Under the pieces are notes generated by a model. The model did no database searches. It saw only the letters and a program-made list of their open reading frames with translations, and was not told where the DNA came from. 44,931 bases of DNA from a virus (lineage: Duplodnaviria; Caudoviricetes), in the IMG/VR virus record IMGVR_UViG_3300037483_001258, positions 1 through 44,931 of that record; one strand, written 5' to 3'. The translations under genes were made by a program, and so were the position numbers. Positions 24,411 to 34,148 of the stretch are shown one piece after another. How positions within the stretch are numbered: position 1 is the first letter of the stretch; every line of letters begins with the position of its first letter.

Positions 24411-25262
24411 ATGGTCAAAGTCACAGAGACGATCAAAAAAATAATGACTCAGAGGACCGCCGGGCTCGTGAACGGCGAGGAGTCCACGCGAAAACTGCTG
24501 GTGGATCTGAATCGCCAGGTCCAAGACGAGCTGGGCCGGGCCGCTCTCGGGTCCTGGGACGCCTACCACCTGAAACAGGTGCGGGCCGCTCTGGAGCGCA
24601 GGCTGGCTGATTACGAGAGCGCGGCAAAGGGCGACATGGGAAAACGCATCAAGGACATGTGGGACCTGGGGCAGGAGAGCGTGTACAAAACCCTGAACGC
24701 CGGCGGGATCTTCACGGGCTTCAACATCCCGGGCTCGGTCGTGAAGCAGATGGAAGAGTTTGCTTTCGTAAAGATCGACTCTTACACCGGCGCCATGTGG
24801 AACAGTATCCGTGGCGAACTCTCGCTCGGCGGCCTGGGCATGAAGACCCCGCAGCAGGCCGCGGACGCAATCGGGACGCTCCTCCCCGAAGGCCCGATGA
24901 TGGCGCCCTCGGGCAGGTCCATATTCGCGGACGCGGCGCAACGGGCCGAGTTCATCACCAAGACCGAACTCGGCAGGAATTTTTCCGAAGCCGCTGACCG
25001 GAGGATGCAGGACGCTGCAAAATACGTTTCCGACCTGCTCAAGGTCTGGCGCCACGGCCACCCGAAACAGCCGAGGCCCACGCACCTGGCCGCGGACGGG
25101 CAGGAGCGGCCTCTCGACAAGCCCTTCGGGGTGCGGGACAAAAAGGGCTACCAGCTCATGCGGCCGCACGATCCCAAGGCGGATTTTTCCGAGGTGGCCG
25201 GGTGTCTGTGCACGCACTTCACCTGGGCGAAGAGATGGGGCGACACGCCGCAGGCGGCGTGA
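24411..25262 (+). CDS. Minor head morphogenesis protein (gpF-like)
   Basis: RAEFITKTE, KVWRH, RPTHLAADGQ, PHDP, CLC. Confidence 0.8.
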   Translation: MVKVTETIKKIMTQRTAGLVNGEESTRKLLVDLNRQVQDELGRAALGSWDAYHLKQVRAALERRLADYESAAKGDMGKRIKDMWDLGQESVYKTLNAGGIFTGFNIPGSVVKQMEEFAFVKIDSYTGAMWNSIRGELSLGGLGMKTPQQAADAIGTLLPEGPMMAPSGRSIFADAAQRAEFITKTELGRNFSEAADRRMQDAAKYVSDLLKVWRHGHPKQPRPTHLAADGQERPLDKPFGVRDKKGYQLMRPHDPKADFSEVAGCLCTHFTWAKRWGDTPQAA

Positions 25263-25332
25263 GCCCTGTGAGCCGTTCAAACAGTTCAAATAAAGCCGTT
25301 TAAGCAGTCAACCAAAAAGGAGGAACACAGTC

Positions 25333-25560
25333 ATGGCTGAAAAAATCGATGTGCGGTATCTGGAGGGGCTCACCTACTCGGGCTCAGGGCCCAAGGAACA
25401 GAAACAGGAGAACGGCGGAAAGAAGACAGTGTACGTGCCCTTTGAGCGGGCCGCGACGCCTGACGACGTGGCGGACTGGAAGGACAAGGGCGACAGCATA
25501 TCCGTCGTCATGAAGGACGGGAAGAAATACACGGTCGCAAAGAAGGCCGCGAAGAAGTAA
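25333..25560 (+). CDS. Hypothetical head-region protein
   Basis: AAGGAGG RBS. Confidence 0.65.
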   Translation: MAEKIDVRYLEGLTYSGSGPKEQKQENGGKKTVYVPFERAATPDDVADWKDKGDSISVVMKDGKKYTVAKKAAKK

Positions 25561-25573
25561 GCCGGGAGGCAGC

Positions 25574-27814
25574 ATGAAAAAGTGCGCGAAGTGCGGTGCG
25601 GAAATACCCGAGGACGCTGAGGTCTGCCCCGAATGCAAGGAAGCCGTGCAGGCGGCGGGCGCGGACAACGAGCTTCACTTTGTCGCCGCGGCCGACGGGG
25701 ATCCGCTGGTTGACGAAAAGGCCGGCTACGTCTGGGACGTGCAGGTGATCAAGTACGGACTGGCAAAGAACAAGGCCATCAACTGGAAAAAGGACGTTGT
25801 GGTCGCGGCCCTGCCGCTCTTCAATAAAGCCCGGGTCTTCGCGCTGAACACGTCGCAGCACCTGTCCCCGGACGAAAGAAAAAAGCGGATGTTCGGCAAG
25901 TCCACCAAGGAACTCGTGGGCTGGCTGGACAACGCAACGGATTCAGGCCCCGCGGCGAAGGCGCAGTTCCACATCCTGCCCGCGGCCAAGTGGCTCCGGG
26001 ACAACGTGGTGGCCTCGGTGGCAGGCGGGTTTCCTGAGCTGTACGGTTTTTCCGTGGACGCGGGCGCGGACACGGAAAAGAAAATGGTCGCGGGGCGGCA
26101 GACCCTTGAGCCGCAAAAAATAACGAGCATCCAGGTGGACGTGGTGTACGACCCCACGAACGAAGGCAAATTTCTAAAGATGGTCGCGGCCGAGGCCGGG
26201 GACCAAGAGGAGGACACAATGTTCAGAAGGCTTTTGGCCGCGATCCTGGCGATCCGGCCGGCACTGGCGGAACAGGGAAAGGCCCTTGAGGCCAAGGGGG
26301 ACGCGGTAACGGAAGAGGAAATCAAAACCTTTTTGACCGCGGCCATGCCCGAGCAGGCGCCCCTGGAGATCGACAAGCTGCTCGCGGCGATGAAGGACGA
26401 GGGGCAAGGGTCAAGGGGCAAGGGGCAAGGGGCAGGGGACGGCGAAGATACAAACCTTGTTGCGGCCCAGAAGATCTTGGATCAGGCGAATGTGGTCGCG
26501 GCCGGGGTGCAGCTCACCCAGACTCTCTCCACGGCGACCCTGCCCGAGCTGTCCAAGGTTCGTCTCAAAAAGCAGTTTGAGGGCAAGGCATTTAAGGCGG
26601 AAGATTTGACCGCCGCGATCAAGGACGAGGCCGCGTATTTGGACAGCCTGGAAAAGTCCGGACACCCGACAGGCGTGGGCGAGCGGATCGAGGTTGTGGG
26701 TCAGCCCGCGCGGCTGCAGGCGGCGCTCGACAAGCTCTTCGGCCTGGAAGTGAAAGCCGACGTGAAAGACGTGGTCGCTTTCGACGGCCTGCTCCCGGCC
26801 TACGCCTACATCACCGGCGACTCGAAGGTCCGTGGCATCGTGGACCGGCGGCACATGCCGCTCTGCGCCGCGATCATGGAGTACATGGATTTGCCCGCGG
26901 CCTACGATTCCAGCGCGTTTTCGTTCCTACTCGGGAACAGCATGTTCCGCAGGGCAATCAAGATTTACAACGCCGTGAACTACAACGAGGACGCGCTCAT
27001 CTCGTTTGTCCGGAACGCGGAGAATTTCAAAACCCTTGAGATCATCAACGTGGGGTATTTCGGCGATCTGCCTGACGTGAACCCGGAAACCGGCGACTAC
27101 CAGGAAGTGTCCCTGCCCACGGACATCGAGGCCACCTACAGCCCGAACCAGAAGGGCTGGATCATGTCCGTGACCCGCAGGGTCATGCTGAACGACGATC
27201 TGAAGAGCGTGCAGCAGCTCCTGGACAAGCTGATGCGGGCCGCGCGCCGCACCCACGCGCGCCGGGCCTGGAACAAGCTCATCTCGAACGCGGACTACAA
27301 GGGCGACAGCAAGGCCGTGTTCCACACGGACCGGACCAACCTGCGCACCACGGGCCTGACGAACGACGCCACCGGCATCGCCACGCTGACCCAGGCGCTG
27401 CAGGACATGTTCGGCCAGACCGAGCGCGACTCCGGCGAGACCCTGGGCCTCGAGGGCTACCGCCTCGAAGTGCCGCGCGCCATCCTCGAGATCGCCAAGG
27501 CGCTCAATTCGTCATGGCCCATCGCGGGGACCGTGAACCCGCACGCCGGCCGGTTCGGCTCGAACCACGAGCGGATCAACGCGAACCCGCTCTTCACCGA
27601 CGCGAACGACTGGTATCTCCTGGCGAACCCCACGGATGTCGAAATGCTCGAAGCCGCCTACATCCACGGCCGCCGCGAGCCCGAGGTCTTCGTTGCCGAC
27701 AACCCGGCCGCGGGCCAGATGTTCACCGCGGACAAGCTCCAGTACAAGATCAGGCACGAGTACGAGTTCGAGATCGCGGACACGCCGGGCTTCCATAAGA
27801 GCGTGGTGGGATAG
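25574..27814 (+). CDS. Fused prohead protease/scaffold and Mu gpT-like major capsid protein
   Basis: N-terminal Zn ribbon, protease-like LVGW...GFSVD...VDVVYDP, C-terminal capsid-like VTRRVMLNDDL...WYL...YKIRHEY. Confidence 0.8.
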   Translation: MKKCAKCGAEIPEDAEVCPECKEAVQAAGADNELHFVAAADGDPLVDEKAGYVWDVQVIKYGLAKNKAINWKKDVVVAALPLFNKARVFALNTSQHLSPDERKKRMFGKSTKELVGWLDNATDSGPAAKAQFHILPAAKWLRDNVVASVAGGFPELYGFSVDAGADTEKKMVAGRQTLEPQKITSIQVDVVYDPTNEGKFLKMVAAEAGDQEEDTMFRRLLAAILAIRPALAEQGKALEAKGDAVTEEEIKTFLTAAMPEQAPLEIDKLLAAMKDEGQGSRGKGQGAGDGEDTNLVAAQKILDQANVVAAGVQLTQTLSTATLPELSKVRLKKQFEGKAFKAEDLTAAIKDEAAYLDSLEKSGHPTGVGERIEVVGQPARLQAALDKLFGLEVKADVKDVVAFDGLLPAYAYITGDSKVRGIVDRRHMPLCAAIMEYMDLPAAYDSSAFSFLLGNSMFRRAIKIYNAVNYNEDALISFVRNAENFKTLEIINVGYFGDLPDVNPETGDYQEVSLPTDIEATYSPNQKGWIMSVTRRVMLNDDLKSVQQLLDKLMRAARRTHARRAWNKLISNADYKGDSKAVFHTDRTNLRTTGLTNDATGIATLTQALQDMFGQTERDSGETLGLEGYRLEVPRAILEIAKALNSSWPIAGTVNPHAGRFGSNHERINANPLFTDANDWYLLANPTDVEMLEAAYIHGRREPEVFVADNPAAGQMFTADKLQYKIRHEYEFEIADTPGFHKSVVG

Positions 27815-27918
27815 CGCGCGCAAGCGCGCTGACCGCTTAAACCGTTGCAACCGCTTAAACCGTTTAAACCGAGGGGTCACGCCCTTGCGTGGCCCCGCTT
27901 CTTACGGAGGAACACAAC

Positions 27919-29082
27919 ATGAAAACCTTTTTCAAACCTATTCTGCTTCTGGCGCTGCTTTGCGTCTCGGCGGTTGTTCCCGCGGACGCCGACGCCTACT
28001 ACGCCAAACAGGTGTACGCCCGGTTCTCCTGCACCGCGGGCGAGACCTTGACCGCGGGCAACGTGGTGTCCATCAAAGACGCGGACGGCTACTGCTATAA
28101 AGCCGACGCCGACGACGCAACGCTCCGACCCGCTGTCGGCGTCGTCGGCATGGGTGGCGCTTCCGGCGCGTCCGTGGAGGTTATTGTCCAGGGTATCATC
28201 TCCGGCTGGACCTCGCTCTCCGAAGGCGCGCCCGGGTATCTGTCCGCCGCAACCGCCGGGGCCGTGACCCAGTCCGCTCCCGCGTACAGCCAGCAGATCG
28301 GGTATGCCATCAGCGCCACGGATTATTTTGTCAACTGTCAAAATTATTTTGACTCGTCCAGCCTCACCGCGCTCGGCTCTCTCTCCGGCGCGTTCCCCCT
28401 CGAGCTCGAGGGCGCGACCGCCGACGATTACGAGGCCCGGCTCGGGTCCGTGGATCCCACTGCTGACGTGGACTACCTCCTCGCCACCGGACCCACCGGG
28501 TCCTACTATCTCGGCACCACCACGCTCGCCACGAACCTGCCCGAGGTAGCGAACTCGGTCTGGGGCGTATCCAACGGCACCCGGTACGAGGGCGCCACGG
28601 CGAACGACTTTGAGACCACGGACACAGTCACCGATCCCACCGCGGACCGGACTCTGACTAAACCGGACGCTACCGGAACCTATGCGCTCACCTCCGGCGT
28701 GGGCTCCTACGACGTGATCAGCACAGTCACCACGTCCCAGACCATCGCCGTGGCCGCCTGCGGCACAACCTATTACATCGGCACGGATGCGCTGGTCATG
28801 ACCCTGCCCGCCACCGCGGCCGGGTGCAACCTGTGGTTCGTAAACACCGGCGCGGCGGGAAACAACATCATCACGCTCTCGCCCAACGCCTCGGACAACA
28901 TCAAGGGCAGCACGCGGATCGCCAACGGCACGACCTTGTACATCGACGGCGCGGACGACGAGGACGTGGTCCTGACCAAGGCCACCAGCGTGCTGAACGA
29001 CTACATCCATATCGTGGGCAACGGCACCACCGGATGGCAGATACGGGACAGCAACGGAATTTTTGCAGAGGCGTCGCCGTAA
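27919..29082 (+). CDS. Probable capsid decoration or head fibre protein with signal-peptide-like N-terminus
   Basis: Follows the capsid gene; AGETLTAGNVV...YKADAD...AVG...GYLS is cement-like; N-terminus MKTFFKPILLLALLCVSAVVPADADA. Confidence 0.65.
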   Translation: MKTFFKPILLLALLCVSAVVPADADAYYAKQVYARFSCTAGETLTAGNVVSIKDADGYCYKADADDATLRPAVGVVGMGGASGASVEVIVQGIISGWTSLSEGAPGYLSAATAGAVTQSAPAYSQQIGYAISATDYFVNCQNYFDSSSLTALGSLSGAFPLELEGATADDYEARLGSVDPTADVDYLLATGPTGSYYLGTTTLATNLPEVANSVWGVSNGTRYEGATANDFETTDTVTDPTADRTLTKPDATGTYALTSGVGSYDVISTVTTSQTIAVAACGTTYYIGTDALVMTLPATAAGCNLWFVNTGAAGNNIITLSPNASDNIKGSTRIANGTTLYIDGADDEDVVLTKATSVLNDYIHIVGNGTTGWQIRDSNGIFAEASP

Positions 29083-29165
29083 TAGAACCGAAAGCATAGA
29101 GCAGAGGGCAAGGGCTTTTTGCCTTTGCCCTTCACTTCATGTTTTTGGTTGGGAGATAAAACGCC

Positions 29166-30167
29166 ATGGCAGCAAAAAAAATACAGCGCACCCACACCAC
29201 GGCAAAGACCGTTTACGTCATCGTCCTGCGGGACAGCGACGGGTATCTGCGCGACGACGCGGACGGCTCCTTTGCCGCTGCGCCCGCGGACAAGTATCTC
29301 TCCCTCGCCGAGCACGCGGTCATCAAGGGGCTTTACGAAGCAAGCGTCAACGATATCCCCTGGAGCGACGGGCTCTACACCATCGTGGCCTACGAGCAGG
29401 CCGGGGCCGCGCCCGCGCCGGCAACGGACCTGGTCATTGACGATGAGCCGCAGCGCCTCGCCGTGTACGCCGACTCCGCCGCGGCAGAGCCGGGCACGCT
29501 GCTCGCAACCGTGCAGGGCCTGGTAAAGGACACGGACGCGAAGCTCTCGGATGCGGATTGGGCCTCCGGCATCTCCGGCGCCCTGGCCCGATACTCAAAG
29601 CACCGGCCGAAAATAAGCGTCGCCGACATTGAGGGCGACGGCACAAACCTGTACGACGCGCCCGCGGGATGGGTCGATGAGTTCTCCCGGATCAAGAGCA
29701 TCGAGTACCCCGTGGGCGACAACCCGGAGACGCTCCTGGACAGCGAGGACGACTACCGCATCTATCAGACAGCGGACGCGGAAAAAATCAGGCTCGTAAA
29801 CGCTTCGCCCGATTCCCCGGACACGTTCCGCGTTTCGTTCACCGTCCCGCGCACCGAGGCCACGATCCCGGCGAACGATCTGACCGCCGTGGCGAACCTG
29901 GCCGCGCACATCTGCCTCGGCATGCTGGCCTCGCGCTACATCGGCACGGGAGACTCCACGCTCCAGGCGGACGCGGTTTCGTACCGCACGAAATCCCAGG
30001 AGTGCGCGTCGCGCGCCAAAGCATGCTTGACGTTTTACAACGAGCACCTGGACCTGAAAGACGGAGACACGCTGCCGGCCGCAAGCGTGGTGGGCAGCAG
30101 GACGCTCAACTATCCCGGCGGCGGGGACCGGCTCACGCATCCGAGAAGCGCGAGGCGTTTACGGTAA
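29166..30167 (+). CDS. Putative head-tail adaptor/neck protein
   Basis: Position after the head genes; function inferred from order only. Confidence 0.55.
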   Translation: MAAKKIQRTHTTAKTVYVIVLRDSDGYLRDDADGSFAAAPADKYLSLAEHAVIKGLYEASVNDIPWSDGLYTIVAYEQAGAAPAPATDLVIDDEPQRLAVYADSAAAEPGTLLATVQGLVKDTDAKLSDADWASGISGALARYSKHRPKISVADIEGDGTNLYDAPAGWVDEFSRIKSIEYPVGDNPETLLDSEDDYRIYQTADAEKIRLVNASPDSPDTFRVSFTVPRTEATIPANDLTAVANLAAHICLGMLASRYIGTGDSTLQADAVSYRTKSQECASRAKACLTFYNEHLDLKDGDTLPAASVVGSRTLNYPGGGDRLTHPRSARRLR

Positions 30168-30290
30168 AGGCGTTTGGTTCAAACTGTTTAAACTGTTTAA
30201 ACGGTTTAAACGGTTCAAGCGGTTTGAACCAAAAAGCTTCACAACGGCTTAAACAGCTTGAACGGTTTACGCGGCTTGAACCAAACGCCT
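30168..30290. repeat. Longest member of a dispersed 9-bp tandem repeat family (about AAACGGTTT), with 15-bp terminal inverted repeats
   Basis: AGGCGTTTGGTTCAA...TTGAACCAAACGCCT enclosing 9-bp units; about ten related arrays elsewhere in the prophage. Confidence 0.85.
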
Positions 30291-30291
30291 C

Positions 30292-30840
30292 ATGGAACTG
30301 AAATATGAAATAAAAAAGCGCGGCAACTTCTTCGAGGGCAAAAGCGACGCCCTGATCGCGCGGAAGCTCACCGGCGCAATGTGGGAAGCGGTGCTCTTCC
30401 TCGAGACCCAGGTCAAGGAAAACCTGCCCACCGAGGTTGAAGGCGTAGCCAAGGGCGTGGGCGTATACGGGGACCGGGGCGGGCTTCGCGGCACGATAGC
30501 CGGTGAAGTGGAAAAAGGTTCCTCCCGGATCCGCGGGATGAGCGGGCACGCGGTAATTACCGGGATCGTGGGGCACACGAGCGTTTACGGGGACGTGATA
30601 GAAAAAGGCCGCAGGGCGGACAAGGGCATGCCTCCCAAGGGCTCGCTCATTCGGTGGATGGAAGTAAAGCTCGGCATGGGTCGCGAAGAGGCGGAGAAAA
30701 AAGAGTACGTGTTCCGGCGCTCCATCGGGAAAAAAGGCTTTGCCGGGCTGCACATGTTCGAGCGAGCGTTCAAGGACAACGAGCAGCGGGTCTTCTCCAT
30801 ATTTGATCATTACGGGTTTGAGATAGCGCGAGAGCTTTGA
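30292..30840 (+). CDS. Neck/tail-completion protein (HK97 gp10-like)
   Basis: GGLRGTI, YGDVIEKGRR, GMPP, GLHMFERA. Confidence 0.7.
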   Translation: MELKYEIKKRGNFFEGKSDALIARKLTGAMWEAVLFLETQVKENLPTEVEGVAKGVGVYGDRGGLRGTIAGEVEKGSSRIRGMSGHAVITGIVGHTSVYGDVIEKGRRADKGMPPKGSLIRWMEVKLGMGREEAEKKEYVFRRSIGKKGFAGLHMFERAFKDNEQRVFSIFDHYGFEIAREL

Positions 30841-30884
30841 TCGCTAGTTCAGGGTTCATAGTTCAGAGTTCAGAGGGGTGAGAC

Positions 30885-33398
30885 ATGAAAAAGATTATCG
30901 GCATCATTGCACTCATTATTTTACTGGCCGCGGAGGGCCAAACAAAGACTTTTTCCAACGGCGGCACGAGCACGCTTGCGACCCCGCTCGCCGCGGCCGC
31001 GGCGACGCTCATACTGGAGAGCGGCGCGAGCTTCCCGCAAACCGGCGAGTTCGACGTGTATATTTTCAAGGCGTCCTGCTCAGTTCCGTCGTCGTGCTCG
31101 CAGAAAGAGATCGTCACGCTCACGCTCGACACGGGCAACGTGTTCACCGTCGTGGCGCGCGAGCAGGAGGGGACCACAATGCACTCGGGCTCCTGGCCCG
31201 CGGGCTCGAAAGTGCATCATGCCGTCACCGCGGGGTGGCTGAACGACCTCGACGCCCGCACGGAGAATATAGATTCCGCGAACACTTCCACGTTCCACAA
31301 CGTGGCCGTTGATTCTCTTTCCGTGGGGGACTATAACTCCGCATATGCCCCTGACGGGGACCCGTATGTAGACGCCCGCAACGGGGGCCTTGCCGCAGCC
31401 TGCACCGCCGCCGCGTCGCTCGGTCGCAAAGTGCTCGTCTCCGATACCCAGACGTTGGGGGCGAATCTATCATGCGCCGCGCTTGTAGAGGTTGTTCCGG
31501 GCGGGACCGTCGCAAAAGGCCCCTATACGTTCACCGCGCAAAATGGATTTTCCGCAGGGCTCTATACCACATTCACCGGGACCGGGTTGACCGTGTTCAC
31601 CCCTGGCACTGTGAACGAGGTCTATCCCCAGTGGTGGGGCGGCTTCCCTGGGGGCGGCGACGCGGCGGCAACGGCGACGACAACCGCGATCAATGCGGCG
31701 CTGGCGTCTGTGCGTGGCAGCGAGAAGCGAGACAGTGTTGCGCCTGTAACGCTGATCAGCTCATACACAAATCCGTATACCATTGACAGTCCGATTGTGA
31801 TGATTTACGGCGACGACCTGCATGGGAATGACGCACCGGACGCAGCTACGGCATACGGTGTGGGCGCATTTCTGCAATCCGCGACGACGTTTTCCGGCGA
31901 TAGACTTATCAACATGAACGGCTACCAATATGGCGGATCAGTCAAAAATATCGGGTTTTTGTCAACGGCAGGCTCCGGGATTGCCGCAATAAAGCACGAC
32001 GATTCCGGGAACTGTATTAATTATGCTTTCGGGAATCTTTATTTCGAGATTCAGTACGGGTTGATGCTGATGCGATATTCGCAGAGCGTTGTTATCGAAA
32101 ATTTATTTTCTCAGGACAAAATCGACACCTTGCTGTATCTGTCCGGCAACCGGAATATGGTACGAAACGTTAATAAGGAAAACGGGACCGGCACGACGGC
32201 TGGGGCATATATTGTACTGAACAATGACAACGCATCCGCGGCATGCAACGGAAACGAACTAAGCGATTTACTCATAGAGGGCACGGGCAACGCTGGGAAA
32301 TATGCGCTGGATATAGAGGGGTGTTCCAATACAGGCATTCAAAATTTTTGGAACGAATTGACGATTACGGACGGCTATTCCATCAAATTGACGGATGTCA
32401 ACCGCATCTCATTTCGAGGGGTGCTTGTGCAGGTATTGAGCAACCGGAAAATAAAGATGACAAGGGCATCAAACGTCAACATAGAACTCCTGTCTAACGA
32501 TGCCGACGCCTCTAAACTTACCGCATCGTTAGACATGGACCGGCTGTCCGACGTGACAATTGAACGGATGTACATGAACTCCGACGATGAAAGCGGCTAT
32601 TTTCGCAATCTCGATGTGAGAGGGAGAATAAAAATAAATCAACATGCTTTCCGGTATCTTCTTGCAGGCACTGACAATGTACAGATCGGAGTTGTGCCAA
32701 CCAGTAGGAGCATTATCGGGTCAACAAGCAACATGCTGAAAAACGGCGGGTTTGAAGCAGGCGCATACGGGTGGAACCAGTTGTGTGATGTATTTTCCAG
32801 CCTGACAAGCAGTATATCCCCCGGCCTGATGTCAAGCTGCACAAAAACAGGGACTGGCATCAATTCATTCATTGTGAACCAGTCGCTGACAGTAAGCGCA
32901 GGCATGGTGGGACAGCCGCTTACGTTTACCGGGCATGCCCGCATAACTGATACTGGTGGAGGAACCCCGTATGCTGTATTCAGCGTACAGGGGGGCGGAC
33001 TGACTGCCACGAACTACGGCGCGAACAAATTTGCAAGCGTGCTGGCTGCGGATTCCGGGGACAGCGGGTGGAAAAGGTTTACGCAAACCATAATACCGCA
33101 GTCGACTGCCACGCTTTATATCGGCATTCGCGTGATCGCGTTTAACAGCACTTCTACTCTTTTTTTGGACGATCTCTCTCTATCTCCCGGCATTGAGGGC
33201 ATTGGGTACTCGCAGAGCTGGAAAGACATTGTTGTCAATGGCAACATCTGGACGTCAGGCACCGCTGCCCCCACAACCGGCACGTGGACTGCCGGCGATT
33301 ATGTCCGGAACTCGGCGCCTGCCGTTGGGCAGCCGAAAGGGTGGTACTGCACTGTGACGGGTACGCCCGGAACCTGGGTGAGCGAGGGGAATTTGTAA
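30885..33398 (+). CDS. Tailspike/fibre-like protein (beta-helix plus carbohydrate-binding domain) with signal-peptide-like N-terminus
   Basis: VYPQWWG...TTAINAAL beta-helix start, NMLKNGGFE CBM-like motif, C-terminal APTTGTWTAGDYVRNSAP...GWYCTVTGTPGTW. Confidence 0.75.
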   Translation: MKKIIGIIALIILLAAEGQTKTFSNGGTSTLATPLAAAAATLILESGASFPQTGEFDVYIFKASCSVPSSCSQKEIVTLTLDTGNVFTVVAREQEGTTMHSGSWPAGSKVHHAVTAGWLNDLDARTENIDSANTSTFHNVAVDSLSVGDYNSAYAPDGDPYVDARNGGLAAACTAAASLGRKVLVSDTQTLGANLSCAALVEVVPGGTVAKGPYTFTAQNGFSAGLYTTFTGTGLTVFTPGTVNEVYPQWWGGFPGGGDAAATATTTAINAALASVRGSEKRDSVAPVTLISSYTNPYTIDSPIVMIYGDDLHGNDAPDAATAYGVGAFLQSATTFSGDRLINMNGYQYGGSVKNIGFLSTAGSGIAAIKHDDSGNCINYAFGNLYFEIQYGLMLMRYSQSVVIENLFSQDKIDTLLYLSGNRNMVRNVNKENGTGTTAGAYIVLNNDNASAACNGNELSDLLIEGTGNAGKYALDIEGCSNTGIQNFWNELTITDGYSIKLTDVNRISFRGVLVQVLSNRKIKMTRASNVNIELLSNDADASKLTASLDMDRLSDVTIERMYMNSDDESGYFRNLDVRGRIKINQHAFRYLLAGTDNVQIGVVPTSRSIIGSTSNMLKNGGFEAGAYGWNQLCDVFSSLTSSISPGLMSSCTKTGTGINSFIVNQSLTVSAGMVGQPLTFTGHARITDTGGGTPYAVFSVQGGGLTATNYGANKFASVLAADSGDSGWKRFTQTIIPQSTATLYIGIRVIAFNSTSTLFLDDLSLSPGIEGIGYSQSWKDIVVNGNIWTSGTAAPTTGTWTAGDYVRNSAPAVGQPKGWYCTVTGTPGTWVSEGNL

Positions 33399-34114
33399 TG
33401 TCAGACCAAACCATACGAGCCTCAATAAAGACCCTGCTGGACGCCGTCACCGGCATCGGCGTGGTGCACGACTATTCGCGGTGGGCCGCGGACGAGGCGC
33501 GGCTTCGGGCGTTGTTCCAAAAAAACGCGAACTCGCCTCTGCACGGGTGGGAGATCACGCGCGAGGGGTTTGTCGTCGTGAGCTTCAATGCAAAATTTAA
33601 GAAGGTCACGCACGATTACGTGCTCCGCGGATTTTACGCAAAGCGCGACGACGTTGCTTCGGAGAAGCTTTTCAACATCGTTGCCGATGCCGTGGCGCAG
33701 AAATTCATCGACAACAAGCTGCCGAATACCGAGGGCCACACCCTGCCCAAGGCCTCGCTCCGCGAATGGATGCTCGGCGGAGTGTTGTGCGATCGCGCGG
33801 AGCTGCGGCTCTCAGTCTCGGAGATGGTGGCGAAAACCGCCGAGGCGGACCAGGATCTTCTCAAGATCGCTTTGGGGCAGTACCTTGCACCCGGGGCCGC
33901 GGTGATGTGGACCCCGGAAACGGAGTACGCGCTCGATGATCTTGTGGTCCCGACCGTGCCGAATAGGCACAAGTACAAGTGCACCGTTGCCGGCGCGTCC
34001 GGCGCGGCAGAGCCCGAGTGGCCCACGGGTCCGGCCGCCACGGTGGTGGACGGCGACGCGACCTGGGCGGAAGACGGAATAGCGATTGTGAATCAGGCGG
34101 AGATAGACATTTAA
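33398..34114 (+). CDS. Putative tail terminator/completion protein with extra C-terminal module
   Basis: TAATG-coupled; GIGVVHDYSRW; C-terminal WTPETEYALDDLVVP...YKCTVAG...PEWP...TW. Confidence 0.6.
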   Translation: MSDQTIRASIKTLLDAVTGIGVVHDYSRWAADEARLRALFQKNANSPLHGWEITREGFVVVSFNAKFKKVTHDYVLRGFYAKRDDVASEKLFNIVADAVAQKFIDNKLPNTEGHTLPKASLREWMLGGVLCDRAELRLSVSEMVAKTAEADQDLLKIALGQYLAPGAAVMWTPETEYALDDLVVPTVPNRHKYKCTVAGASGAAEPEWPTGPAATVVDGDATWAEDGIAIVNQAEIDI

Positions 34115-34148
34115 GTTCAGCGTTCAGAGTTCAAAGTTTAGAGGAGGA

